Positions 22,461-34,486 of a stretch of 64,000 nt of DNA are shown here, piece after piece. Position numbers and translations under genes: made by a program. The DNA is from Zancudomyces culisetae HAW-14-8 (Eukaryota > Fungi > Kickxellomycota), in the NCBI GenBank assembly GCA_052426225.1, contig JBNJNM010000012.1, positions 2,356,001 through 2,420,000 of the forward strand, read 5' to 3'. How positions within the stretch are numbered: the first letter of the stretch is position 1; every line of letters begins with the position of its first letter. Under the pieces are notes generated by a model. The model did not search any database and was not told the origin of the DNA. It saw only the letters and a program-made list of their open reading frames with translations.

Positions 22461-24434
22461 TTACTTGTGATTTAGATTTATCTTTTCTCTTAATTCCTTG
22501 ATGATTTCACTCAATCCTTTGCCTCCGTCACTACTATTACCTCTCTCTACATTTTTTTTGTAATTATTATTATTTTGAATATACACTGCCGCCTGTGGAT
22601 CTGTAGTAATGAATGCGTTCATCTCCTCCAGTAATGCAACTATGACCCCTTTTATTTCCGCATTGCCGCCAGAAATGTTATCTACCGCATGTTTGGTAAT
22701 AAAGTTGTACAGTTCAGGGTCCACTCGTACCTCTACTGATCCGTTTTCCCGCCTTGAAATATCAATAACCTTGCTTAAGTTCAGGCTTTGAGTAGCACTA
22801 CCTACTCCTTTCTCTTGCTCTTGCTCTTCATTTTTTCCATATTTATTGTACTCCAAAACTCTTGTTTTGACCGCATTGAAAATCATGCTCAGTACAGAAT
22901 AACAAAATGCAAAAAATTCCTTTTCTTCACGAGCTTTAGTAGTTGCACTTGAACTTGCACTCTGAGGCTGATTTTCCCCTGTTCTTTTCAGTACTTTGGT
23001 TTTGAACACGTCTAAAGAACTGGTTATTGGTCCAATCACTCCGGTCTTTAAAAATTGATCTAGCAAAAATTGGTAAAATACCATCTGGTTCCCCAAATTC
23101 CCCCAAACTCCCTGTTGATAACTCTCGATAAACGCAGTAACACCCCCTTCCTCATCGTCACCATTAGTATTCTGTCCCCAGGAATCTCCCACATCCACCA
23201 TTTTCATCAACTCGGTATAAAATACTTGACTACCTACATAGCCACCTGTGTACTGGCTATCATCCTTTTCGGCTTTATTCTGCACCAAACTCATTAATTT
23301 GCAAAGCACTTCAATTCGTTCATTATTAGCTATTTGCTGTTCTATTTCTGCTTTTCTTATATCTGCGTATATATTGATCGCAAACAAATGTAAAACCACT
23401 GGCATTTCGCAAATCAACTCCAACCATCCTTCCTCCATCACATGAATATCATGCTTTCCACTTTCCCTGGATCGTTTCCTTCGTCGCTCCGCCTCAGTAA
23501 GTGCCTGCTCCAGCAACTCCATTTTTTTGAAATCAAGCTCCATTTCGTTTTTTCTTATTGCCGCATCAAGTGTCCAAATAGCTGTATGCATCCCGTCTCG
23601 TTCTAGTAATACCGTATTATCTCTAGCGTGTAACGCCATCAGCAATTCTAACCGAATTGTTCCTCTTTCTCCACTACCCAGTTCACGCCTGCCAATACTC
23701 TTTGTTGTCTGGAGATAACTTACTACCTTTTCATATAACTCTACATCCTCGCCAATAATCTCGACAATTTCCTCAATCGCTTCATGCTCGTTTTTTTTGC
23801 TATACAATCCTGATACGACTATTCTATTCATGTCAAACATACTCGTATCCACAGCTCGATCATTCAGAAAAGGTTCCAGACTCTTATCCAGGTACTTTTT
23901 CAAAACACGCTCATCACTATTCCACAATTTTTGTTTCAAAACCGAATTAGCTTCACCATACAATCCTTCATTTTTGAAAAACTCCTCACAAACCTTTGAA
24001 CTAAGCCTGCTATCTTCTACCGTATTCAATACCCTAAAAATTAGTCTTCTAACACTTTCGTTGTGGATTTTCCCCTTTTCCCCAACATTTTCCATAATTT
24101 TTTCTACAAAATCCTGCTTTTGTGCATCGATAGCAGTATTTACACCACCAGGTCTAGTAAATCCGTCTTCATTTGTTGTTGTCGTTGTTCTTGCCTTTTT
24201 CTCTATTTTTTCCGCGATCATCTCCATCATTTTCTCTGAAACTCGCTTGTAGAACCTGTTTTCTCGGATATTACTCATTTCCAACAACTTGTATATTTCT
24301 GAATCCATTTCTATTCGATTTTCCTGTTGTATTTTTGTAACTCCCGTGCTCAGTTTCCCACTGCTCAGCTCCTTCCTTATTGCCTCTGCAGATCCCTCTC
24401 CCAGCAGGTACTTGATTCTTTTTCTTTCACCCAT
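22461..24434 (-). CDS. NELFB: Negative elongation factor B (COBRA1-domain) homologue
   Basis: GTIRLELLMALHARDNTVLLERDGMHTAIWTLDAAIRK aligns by eye with metazoan NELF-B CTLRAELLMSLHDLDVGEICTVDPCHKFTWCLDACIRE. IVEIIGEDVELYEKVVSYLQT matches LTRMVGKNVKLYDMVLQFLRT, and VLKQKLW matches EVKRQIW, in the same order. Confidence 0.8.
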   Translation of the reverse strand: MGERKRIKYLLGEGSAEAIRKELSSGKLSTGVTKIQQENRIEMDSEIYKLLEMSNIRENRFYKRVSEKMMEMIAEKIEKKARTTTTTNEDGFTRPGGVNTAIDAQKQDFVEKIMENVGEKGKIHNESVRRLIFRVLNTVEDSRLSSKVCEEFFKNEGLYGEANSVLKQKLWNSDERVLKKYLDKSLEPFLNDRAVDTSMFDMNRIVVSGLYSKKNEHEAIEEIVEIIGEDVELYEKVVSYLQTTKSIGRRELGSGERGTIRLELLMALHARDNTVLLERDGMHTAIWTLDAAIRKNEMELDFKKMELLEQALTEAERRRKRSRESGKHDIHVMEEGWLELICEMPVVLHLFAINIYADIRKAEIEQQIANNERIEVLCKLMSLVQNKAEKDDSQYTGGYVGSQVFYTELMKMVDVGDSWGQNTNGDDEEGGVTAFIESYQQGVWGNLGNQMVFYQFLLDQFLKTGVIGPITSSLDVFKTKVLKRTGENQPQSASSSATTKAREEKEFFAFCYSVLSMIFNAVKTRVLEYNKYGKNEEQEQEKGVGSATQSLNLSKVIDISRRENGSVEVRVDPELYNFITKHAVDNISGGNAEIKGVIVALLEEMNAFITTDPQAAVYIQNNNNYKKNVERGNSSDGGKGLSEIIKELREKINLNHK

Positions 24435-25663
24435 GCTTTTAAACTACCTTTTTTTTCTCTCTCCAAACTTTTTGTACCTCTACCAGATCTTTAATAAATT
24501 GGACAAGCTACTATGTATCAAATACTATATTCTTTTTACACCCCTCTTTAAGTATTAAAATGTAATATAATAAGGTCAAGACGTGAGTAAAGACAAAAGC
24601 TTCGCCGTATCTAAATACTGTTCAAAAAAGCTGCAGAATGTTTTGGTATATACAAATTCCAACCAAAATCTGGTTCATCAGAAATTCCAAAAGCCTTTCC
24701 AAACTGTTTACAAAACTACACCCAACAAGAGTAATCAATCTATCTTTTTTTTTTCAAACCGGATTTTGGCGAGTTCTTTTCGCTATATATATAAAAAAAA
24801 GGAGCAATTTGAATACTTTTAAATTGAAACTTTTTTTTTGACTTTTGTTAATATCAGTTACTATTTGAAGTAAAAGGACCTTTGGGATCCTGATTGGTGG
24901 AGCCTCAGTGTAGATTTGATAGGACAGCGAGATAGTAGACATGACTCAAAGTGCAAAGAGTTCCCCCAATAATCAAAAGTCTTGTGTACAAAAGTATCGA
25001 TATGGAATAGGATCTTTATACAAGGAGCATCGATAAAGAGCGTCTCTGTACAAAGAACACTAACAGTCTGAAGAAACCGATCCAAGATTACATTAAATAT
25101 ATTATTTTTACAAAATAGTCTGTTGGAAGAGAAGATATATACAAGAACAAAGAACCGACGAAAACGGGAGAACGAGTTGTAAATGGAAAACTAACCTCTT
25201 TCATACTTAGCTTTACTTTCACTTGTTTTCGCAATAGGATTATTATATCTTATATTTATATTTAACCCTCGTGGTAACAAAGTTGTCTTTTTTACTACAC
25301 CATTGAGCATTTGAATTTAACAAACTATATCGCCAACAAATTCCTCCAATAAATAGAAACTTCAAAAAAGGTGGATATATCTTTACCTCTGTCTTTCTCC
25401 GTGGGGCTTTTTTACCATCAAGATATTTTTTTCTCAATCAAGTATTAGCAACTCATCAATGCCCTGCGAACATTAACTCAAAAAAAATAAAAAGTTGGAA
25501 GTGAGATGGCTACCATAAAGATATAAATACTATAAGGATATTTTTATTTTAGACATACATTGTTTTTACCCTACTAGCACAAAAAGCCTATTAATGTAGG
25601 CAGGTTTACTAAACCAAACCAGACAAAAAAAAAATACTTTAAAACCTAAAAATAATACTAAGT

Positions 25664-26263
25664 TTATTGAAGGTGGCTAGATCTGACAATAGTTACGGGG
25701 CAGGCGGCGTGTCTGCAGCAGTACTCGCTTACACTTCCCAAAAACACTCTCTTTAGTCCTGAGAGGTCACGGGTTCCGAGTACCAAAAGATCCGCGCCAA
25801 TCTCCTCGACTTTTCCACAGAGCTCAGGGCCTGGCTCTCCGACAATGGAGACTGCCTTTACGTTGTAGCCATCATCCTTAATCCTGTTTCCGTAGCTCTT
25901 CAAGAGTGAGTGACTGTCTTTCCTAAAAGAATCCTCGATGCCTTCATCACTAGTGACTACTGCACCAAATCCTGCCATTCCAACAACTGCACGCGACTTT
26001 CGTACGTGGGCCAATACAACCAAATCGCTGTCTTTCCTGACGATGTTTTGGAGACTCCAGTCCAATACCTTTTGGGTTTCTTCAGACTCCCCGACTGCTA
26101 TAAGAACTATTCTTGATGGAGGATGTGGTGCTTCTAGTCCCTCTGCATCAGATTGTAGCTTGAAATTCTTTACGGACCTGTGCTCTTCCTCCTTTGAATC
26201 AAACTTGTCAGAGGAAACAATGGTTGTTGTCTTATCAGCTGGTGTTTCTGCGTTTGCACTCAT
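25664..26263 (-). CDS. Universal stress protein (UspA domain)
   Basis: RIVLIAVGESEETQKVLDW...VVLAHV and GADLLVLGTRDLSGLKRVFLGSVSEYCCRHAACPVTIVR. Confidence 0.92.
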   Translation of the reverse strand: MSANAETPADKTTTIVSSDKFDSKEEEHRSVKNFKLQSDAEGLEAPHPPSRIVLIAVGESEETQKVLDWSLQNIVRKDSDLVVLAHVRKSRAVVGMAGFGAVVTSDEGIEDSFRKDSHSLLKSYGNRIKDDGYNVKAVSIVGEPGPELCGKVEEIGADLLVLGTRDLSGLKRVFLGSVSEYCCRHAACPVTIVRSSHLQ

Positions 26264-29200
26264 GGTTGATATATTGTTTATTTGTTTATTTATTTGATAG
26301 CTTAATATCGTTTCTGATATTTATTTTGATCAATTCGAGATACAAGATGGAAGTGGCCAAGTGCTGGGTTTATATAAGCTTTTATTTCAACAAAATTTAT
26401 TGCATCAAAAATATATTCGATAATTAGATTCCCCGCGCTATGCAACAAGGGGGAGGGGAAGCATTCACAATTCCAGCTAAATGCACACTATACATCCGTC
26501 ATACAAGTGCATGAAAAAAGGCTCTCTCCCACAAACTTTGTACTTTGTTTGGGTTTGGGTTTGGGTTTAGTCGTTTTTAGTGGGGAGGTTTTGTGCTATC
26601 AATGTCAATTGTCGACATCTGTTCTTTTATTTTCAATTTCCGCACATTTCCATTTTACACGTTCTTGCTGGTTCTTTGCATATTTCCCGTTTTTTTTTTT
26701 TTGCATATCGAATGATTTTTTATGGGCTTTTTTTATTGCCCTTTACGTTGTGTGCAATTCAGTAGTTAATCAAATCAAAAGATAATGTAATATCGAATAA
26801 TATGTTATGAATATCCAAATGAGAAAAAGCAAAAAAAAAGCATTGATCAACTTAATTGGTCTAGCAAGCCTAGGCATTATTGTTCATCAATTAATCAACG
26901 GATATATCGCAATTTCTGGTATTGCATTTGTTTTGCTACATTGGGATTGCGAACAGTGTTTCTGTTTCTGTTTCTGTCTCTCGCCGTTGTTTTTTTTTGA
27001 CGTGTATTTTACACATTGAATTGCATTCTAACTGGTTTAACCTCTCAGCACTCATTGATTTGCCTCTCATTTTTTCCCTCATTTGTTCCATTCAGCGAAC
27101 CTGCAATTATTAATTACGTAATATCTATTCAATTCTAATAAAGCTGTTCACCTAAAAAATAAAGATAAAATGATGGAAATTCAAATTCCGGCATTAACTC
27201 TGACAATTTCCAATATTTCTATTCACATAAGAGCAAAAAGATCCACCTCGTTGTCTAAAACAGCAGCCTTAGTCCATAAAAAGATGGAAGAAAAAACCTG
27301 TTGCACCGATACTGCATGGGAAGGTGCTAGACTGTTCTCGAATGTACTTTACCCTTTCTTTGCTGAAATAAGATGAATGCCTCGAATTTACACGTGTACA
27401 AAAAGAAAAAGAGTAAATTCAGTTTTGACTGGTTATTTGCCACTGTAAGTTGAGTTCATAGATAAGAAGAACAAAGGACAATGAACATGTAGGCCAATTG
27501 TCTTCCCCACGCAAGCTAGGAAAATACTGTGTGTTTTTCTTTCTGGTGCTAGACGTAAAAATGCTCCTTAACTTGCTACCTTGTTTTGGTTTTACCTGCA
27601 TCAATCATTTTACCCCCCCCCCCCACTCCCCTCCTCTCGCTTCTTTCTAGCTTTTGGGTAAGCAGAGAATGGGAGGGGTAGTAGAATGCATCGGACAAAG
27701 AGAGATACCAATGAAATATGTAGTATACCTCGTGATTTTTATAACAAACTTATCCCATAGATAAGACCAGTTTGTACATAGTATTGGATTAAAAAGAAAA
27801 AAGAAAAAGAATCAGTATTTGCCCCTTACTCCTCCCAACCACACCTGTTTCAGCCAGAATGTGATCGAGTCAAAACGTATGTTTTTTTTTTGTGTTTCTA
27901 TTTCTTGTACACTCTATTGAGCACAATCTGTAATGTTAAAGGTATAAAAATTGTAAATACACCCCCCCCCCCCCCGCCAATGGTAGAGATAACATTTGTG
28001 GTCCTAATTGAGTCACACCTGCTTGCACATCACCTGCTTTCTCAACAAAAGACTTTTTGCCAAAAAATAACGTGATTTTTATGCACTAAAGTAAGGGAAT
28101 ATCACTATCATATTAAATCCAAACATCATTTAATCATTTTATCCTATCCAAAACATGCGCGCTTTTACACACACTCATCATTTATCTTTTTTTGGATATA
28201 CTCATCAGTGAAAGAGGGTCATTTGATTAAATCTCTGTTTTACATTCGCCAACTGCAAGGTAACACTCTAAATGCATGGCAAAAACATTTAAACTCATTG
28301 GTTTGCCGTAAAATTGAAATGGCGCCATAAAATAATAATGTGTATGTGTGTGTTTTTTTTTGCATTCACGTGGAAATACCTGCTTTTAGTGTTCATAACG
28401 CTCCAACCCAACTTTGGGAGATGAACCTTAATAATTGGGTTATTTTTATAAACGGTGAACAGCAAAGTTAATCATCCGAGTTTTCTCGTGTCCACACTTT
28501 TCAAAAACATTGGGATGTTGATTTTCTGCTAGCGCACTACCAGAGCCAAGAACACATGCCGCAAATATTTCAATTTCAAAATATGTAATATGGTATATCC
28601 CGTTAGTTATACAAACCGACTTTTTTCACTACCAAGCGCTAAAGGTAAATTACATGAAATATTGAACAAATATTTGGTTGAATCTACTTGAATTTGCAAT
28701 AATTTGTGTGTGGGAGTTTGGTAGGCGGTGCTAATACCTACATCTCCGGTAATTATTCATAAATTTGGTATTTGAAATTGAATATTTGTGAGCTACAATC
28801 GACACCTCGGTAAATATGATCTACTCAGCACAGACCACTAATTACCACCAAATACCACCAACTAGCGTACTGAAAGTATGTAAAATAGAACATGGCTGTA
28901 TGCCTCACAAATTAAATATGATGAAGGCGACTCTGAGTATCAACACCAACAGGATTCTTATATTTTCAAAATTTTGCACATACTTTTATCCTTTACAAGT
29001 CTAACTAGCCATACTCACCACAGCCACCACCACCCCCCCCCCCCGAAAAGAGGTAACTAACAGCTAGAAAGCTATACTAGTGGTGCTAGATACATGTGTA
29101 CACCAACTTGATTCAAATGAAAATACAAAAATATGATCTGTCATTTTAACGCCTCTCCATATGTATTTTGTTTATACATCAATTTTAGCTACAAAGAGCT

Positions 29201-29336
29201 CTAAAGCCCAAATAATATATGGCACTAAATAGTGTGAATTACAATGAAATATTTAATAATACTAGCGACGGATACGCAACAAAACAAAGGGAATCAGGTG
29301 TAGATGAAGGTTGAAAGTGAACACGGCTGTAACACT

Positions 29337-30998
29337 CTAGATATTGTAAGGATCTGGAACATACATCTTTATCCAAGGATGTTCAAGCACATCTTCTAGC
29401 TTCATTCTCTTTGCGGGGTTGTATTGGAGAAGCTATAATATAGTTAAAACAATATTTATACAGTTATCAAAAAACGGCTCAAGCATAAAAAAAGCGTGAT
29501 AAAGCATGATTATTCCCAAGAGTTGGTTATGGTACTTACCCTTTGTATCAGATCGGCTGCTTCAGCAGAGATATTTGGAGGAATACGCAAATCAACAGTT
29601 GCTATTCTTTTATAAGTAGCCTCTGCACCACTCAGCTCTTCAAATGGTGGGATTCCGACAAGAAATTCGTATGTGAGAACACCCAAGCTCCATAAATCGA
29701 CTTCGTTAGTATGGTCCTTTCCTTCAACCATTTCTGGTGGGAGGTAGTCCAGAGTCCCACAGAGTGTTCGTCTTCGTGAGGTTGGCGCATGTACAGACCA
29801 CCCAAAATCCGAAATCTTTAGTCGTCCATCCTGGCTCATCAAAATGTTTTCGGGCTTTATATCTCTGTGGATTACATGTTTGCTGTGCAGATACCTTAGA
29901 GCGTGTGCCATTTGTGTGATATACTATGTAGTATTTTATTACCCCCCCCAAAAAAATAGCACGGTTAGATGTGAGTTTAAAATATAGTTATATGTCTTGA
30001 AAATTCAAACATACCAATGCAGCTTCGGGCTCTGAAAACGCTGTTTTTGCTTGTAGGAGTTTGTACATTTCACCTTTAGCAGCAAACTCGAGTATCAAAT
30101 ATATTCTTTTTTCATCGTGGAAATAACCATACAGCCTCAAAATATTAGGATGCCTATATATCGTTTATGATGTGGATGTTAATTAACAGAATATAAAGAA
30201 AAAGCGAAAAAGAGAAAGAACAAAGAATAGATGCTCAAGGTACCTTAGATGTGTCTGAATTTCTACCTCTCTGCGTACTTGTTTCTCTATCTTGTTTTTT
30301 CGCAGATCTTCTTTATACATAACTTTAATTGCGCATATAAACCCAGATTTTTTCTCACGTGCTAGATACGCCTGTCCAAATTTCCCCTTGCCCAGTTTTT
30401 TGCCAAAATCAAAGTCTGTGACTTTCCAACTTTTAACATCTGTTGTTTGGTGCTCATTGTTGCTACCAGAAGAGGTTGGTCGAGTCAGCTTTATATTTTG
30501 AGTCGGTGTGGTTTCAACTCTCTTTAGAGACTTTTTTGGTGTGTAAAGTGGAACCTTAAAACCCTATTTCATAGTAAAAATGTATTGTTTTTGAGATAAT
30601 GAATTATTTGCTAATGAAGGAGTAGGCGATGCAGTTTTTTATCTGAAATACTGTTGATTTCAGTGGAACAGTAAAAGTGCTAGGAAGGTAGAGGAACATG
30701 TAATAATTGAATAAATACCTGGTTATTTTGGCCTGTAAATATTACATTCGGTGTTGGCTTGAGCTATTTGAAGGTTTGGTTCACAAAAAAAAACATTAAT
30801 TGCTTGTTAACATTTCATCTTTTATACTTTGGTTATGAGTTTGATATTGTTTTAAAGAAAAGAGTTAACGCTTATGTGCTTTCAATAAAAAAGGCTAAAA
30901 ATAGTATTTTTCACACAACACGCCACAAAACTCTACCAATACTTATAACCTGTACTTACCAACATTGACTTTTGCGGTTCAAATCTATTGCCGTGCAT
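29337..30998 (-). CDS. IPL1: Aurora kinase (Ipl1/Ark1), multi-exon; 5' end approximate
   Basis: Exons encode [102 protein letters not shown] and EHPWI. Stop TAG at 29339-29337. Confidence 0.93.
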
Positions 30999-31929
30999 TG
31001 TATGTGGTATCTTTCGTATATTCGGTCTCTTGGTTGTTATGGAGATACTCGTTTTATTGCTAAAATACTATCAAAACCTTTTAATTTGGAAAAAAAGAGA
31101 GCAATGTTAATAAAAAATAAGTTAAAATTTATTTCTACAACTAATGTATGCATTAAACACTTTGAGTAAAAACACAAAAATAAAAAAGGACAGGGCAAAA
31201 ACCAACGATGTTATTGAGCACACTTGTTTTCTAGAGTGTTCGTTTCAAGACGCAAACAACTTGAATTGGTTTGCACAGTTTTGTTATTCCTAAAATTCCA
31301 TTGTTGAGTAAATTGTTGTAAACCATTTGCAAAAAACATATTAAAACGCAAAATAAATTGTTTACAAGGTTTATTGGCTGCTTGTATTTATTTATTTATT
31401 TTTGAGGAATTTATAACACAATAAAGTATATTCATCAAAAAAGGAAAAATTGTTGATAATTCATCAAGAACTATCTGTCTCTGGCAGCTAGATTGAAAAG
31501 TGCAAGGTATGTGCCCTTGAATGATTTATAGCAGAGTGTTGATTATGCAAGCGTATATATCTATTATATGTAATGTATGTCTGGGATTTAGTGTCATTCT
31601 CCTAGTCAGTGTAATACATAGCACCCGAAAAGCTGATGATAAGAGAGATAAAACGATATTTTGTATTTCTCCATCAACCTCCTGGATCCTTTTGTGTTTT
31701 ACTCTTCGCCCTTTTGGGTGAAAAAAGAGAAATTGGATGAAGGGAGAAGGAAATTAAATTCAGCAATATTTAATCTTAATCTATTGGTCATAAATTCTAC
31801 CAATTAGAAAGTAGAGATCAATTAATTTAATAGATAAAAAATTTTTTAGTATACCAATTCAATAATCACCATTAGGCTAAAAAAAAATTAAAAAAATCCA
31901 GAAATCATAAAAGATAACGGGCAATCGAG

Positions 31930-32766
31930 ATGTTTTCTGGGCTAAGATCAAGTGTCAGTATTTTAGGAAGAGCAGTAGCGAGCAAAAAGCTCAACCTCTC
32001 TCACTTCAGGGCGAACTACACTCGACTCTCCGATTTCTACGATATAACTTTAAGAGATGATTTGATGATTCTGAACTATGAACATAAATCCTCAAAATTG
32101 GACGAATACAGAGAGAAGAATGTCCCTGTTGTAACCAGAAACCCCGAAAAGAGATTAAACAAGAAAGAAGATGAATTGGTTTTGGAAAAAAACAAGGCCA
32201 GAGTTCCCGAAATCAAACCAATCAATGCTGAAAATGTACCAAGACTCGAAAAAATTACTGTGCAGATCAGAATGAAGGAGGGATTAGCGAGCAAATCAAA
32301 TATCCTCTCGGGTTTGATGGCTCTGCAATGCATAACCGGTGAAACCCCCGATGTCATACATGCAAGAAGCGATGCAGCTACATGGAAACTACGTAAAGGA
32401 ATGCCAATAGGTGCAAAGGTTGTTCTACAAGGTGATGCAATGTACGAGTTTATGGATAAGCTAGTTGAGGTTGTTTTACCACGCTTGAAAGAGTGGGATG
32501 GTCTGAAAACACGTGCTGGTGATGGATTAGGAAACTTTACATTGGGATTTTCCCCAAGTGCATTGGGTCTATTTCCAGAAATTGAAGGAATATATGACAT
32601 GTTTCCAGTAATCTACGGATTCTACGTCAATATAGGTACTACTGCTAATAGAAATATTGATGGTAGAATGTTGTTGAGTGGATTCAAGATACCGTTTGTG
32701 AAACCCAGAACTCGCATTCCACCAAGAATCAGCAGACGTAGAAAGCAGGAACTTGAGGGCAAATAA
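31930..32766 (+). CDS. MRPL7: Mitochondrial ribosomal protein uL5m
   Basis: VPRLEKITV, LQCITGETP, WKLRKGMPIGAKV, VVLPRLKEW, GDGLGNFTLG and FPEIE, with an N-terminal presequence-like segment. Probable 5'-UTR intron from GTATGT near 31507 to ttag near 31875. Confidence 0.92.
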   Translation: MFSGLRSSVSILGRAVASKKLNLSHFRANYTRLSDFYDITLRDDLMILNYEHKSSKLDEYREKNVPVVTRNPEKRLNKKEDELVLEKNKARVPEIKPINAENVPRLEKITVQIRMKEGLASKSNILSGLMALQCITGETPDVIHARSDAATWKLRKGMPIGAKVVLQGDAMYEFMDKLVEVVLPRLKEWDGLKTRAGDGLGNFTLGFSPSALGLFPEIEGIYDMFPVIYGFYVNIGTTANRNIDGRMLLSGFKIPFVKPRTRIPPRISRRRKQELEGK

Positions 32767-34486
32767 TTTTTATTTAGGGTAGTTTGCAGGCCGCCTTTGT
32801 TTTTTTGAGCTTGAAGCCTACATTTGCATTTGAAATGCAGCTGCACTTGTGTATGTAGTTTGCTAGGGGAGGCGGCGGAGAGGCTGCTTTTTTAATATAT
32901 TTTTTAATAACACTTGAAACATGTTAGCTCATTTATTAATAAAACTAGACATTAATCGATTTGGGTTGGTATATGATCTTGGTCCTTTTAGGATAAAACT
33001 TTATTTATAGGTTTTGTGAGACTGTTAGATTAGATGGTTTTTGTGTTATCTTGTTTTTTTCATTCGCTTTAACCTTGTCAACAAAGCGAATTGTTATTTT
33101 TGAAATGTATTTTCTGGAGCCATGTCTTGAGTGCAGTTTCATCAGTGCCTAGATGTTTTTCAATGCTTTATGAAAATATAAAGTTTGTTTTGTAGCATTT
33201 TCAATATCATGGTGTTTATTGCTCCTTTTTTTCTTTTTTCTTTTTTTACTTGGCCTGAGCAAATAAATTTGAGGTGGTGTTCGTATCACTCTACTATTGA
33301 GCTTCCCAAGTAAATAAAATATATCCACCTTCATATAAAGACACCTAATTGGAACAAAACATGGACCTAATTCTTGCTCAGTGTGTGTTGCTCTCAGTAG
33401 CTAGAACTCCCCCCTCAAAAAGATCAGAGCTGATTTTCATTTTTATCTCTAAATTAAAATTATTAGAAACTAAAGCTGATTTGTTGGGGAAAAGATTCTG
33501 GGCGTTTCAAGAACATAAAAAAAAAGATAAACGCGCAACATGAGCAGGATGCGGCCGTAAATCAGAGGGTGTGGAGGAAGGCTAGACGAAATAGCTGAAA
33601 AAGAACAGGTCAATCTAAAAGGGGGAGAGAAAGAGCAGCAACAACTATTCGCAGATACAATAAATGCAGACAAAATAATGAGGCTCCATTTTATGCTTTT
33701 TTACTATTGCGATATATATTGGATGCATATATATGTATATCCAACTCTTTTGCCCTAGAAAGTAGTAAACTGCTGAAGCTAGAGCTAGTGGCATTGTCGA
33801 ATAGCGTATCTTTTTTATTTTGACTTGAGAACAGTGGAACCTGCTTTTGAGAAGAATATCTGGATTACAAAAAAAATAGCTCAGAAACAATAGCTATTAG
33901 AAGTATTGATGTGTTCACCTGCGGTCTAGATCGGGTTAATTAATTTAGAGCTAAAACTAAGCGTTATTAATACTGAGGAGCGTACAAAAAAATCTAGATA
34001 TAATAAGATACTAAGTACAGAGCACCTGATTACTACCTTTTTGAATCACTTGGTACAACCCTGTAACTGTTTAATTGTGGAGACACTCTAAAAAAAAAAT
34101 ATCATTGTAGTGTAAAGTGAGTATATGATAAAACTCCAAAAGAACTGACAATTTACAAGCAGGAATAAAAGTTGGAGGTATAAGGTAAGATATGTGGATG
34201 GGGTTGAAGTAGAGGTATCTGGATGCACTAGATGATATTATTTATTTTGTCTTTATAGCATTTTTCACAACACATCAGAATTACATATTTTTAAAGTTTT
34301 AAAGTAGTACCCAAATACGCTATATATGCCATTTGTATTCTACCAGCTACTACAGTTAAAGAAAACCATTCGCATTCATTAATAAGCATATTTAATACTA
34401 TTTTTTATAGCAATTCACGCGCAGTACCACAAAAAAGTTAAACCAGAATCTAATAGAAGTATTGTATAATTTTAAGTATACCAGAA

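Noticed and set aside
24860-25200. Slightly GC-richer stretch with short ORFs and splice-like signals between NELF-B and USP
   Set aside because: No consistent exon chain or recognisable RNA fold could be built.
32805-32870. SECIS candidate downstream of MRPL7
   Set aside because: The 3' GA of the non-Watson-Crick quartet is missing and the gene has no in-frame UGA.
33905-33965. CTAGATCGGGTTAAT, faintly similar to the TPP riboswitch 3' half
   Set aside because: The CTGAGA and ATACC core elements are not in place and there is no thiamine-related gene nearby.
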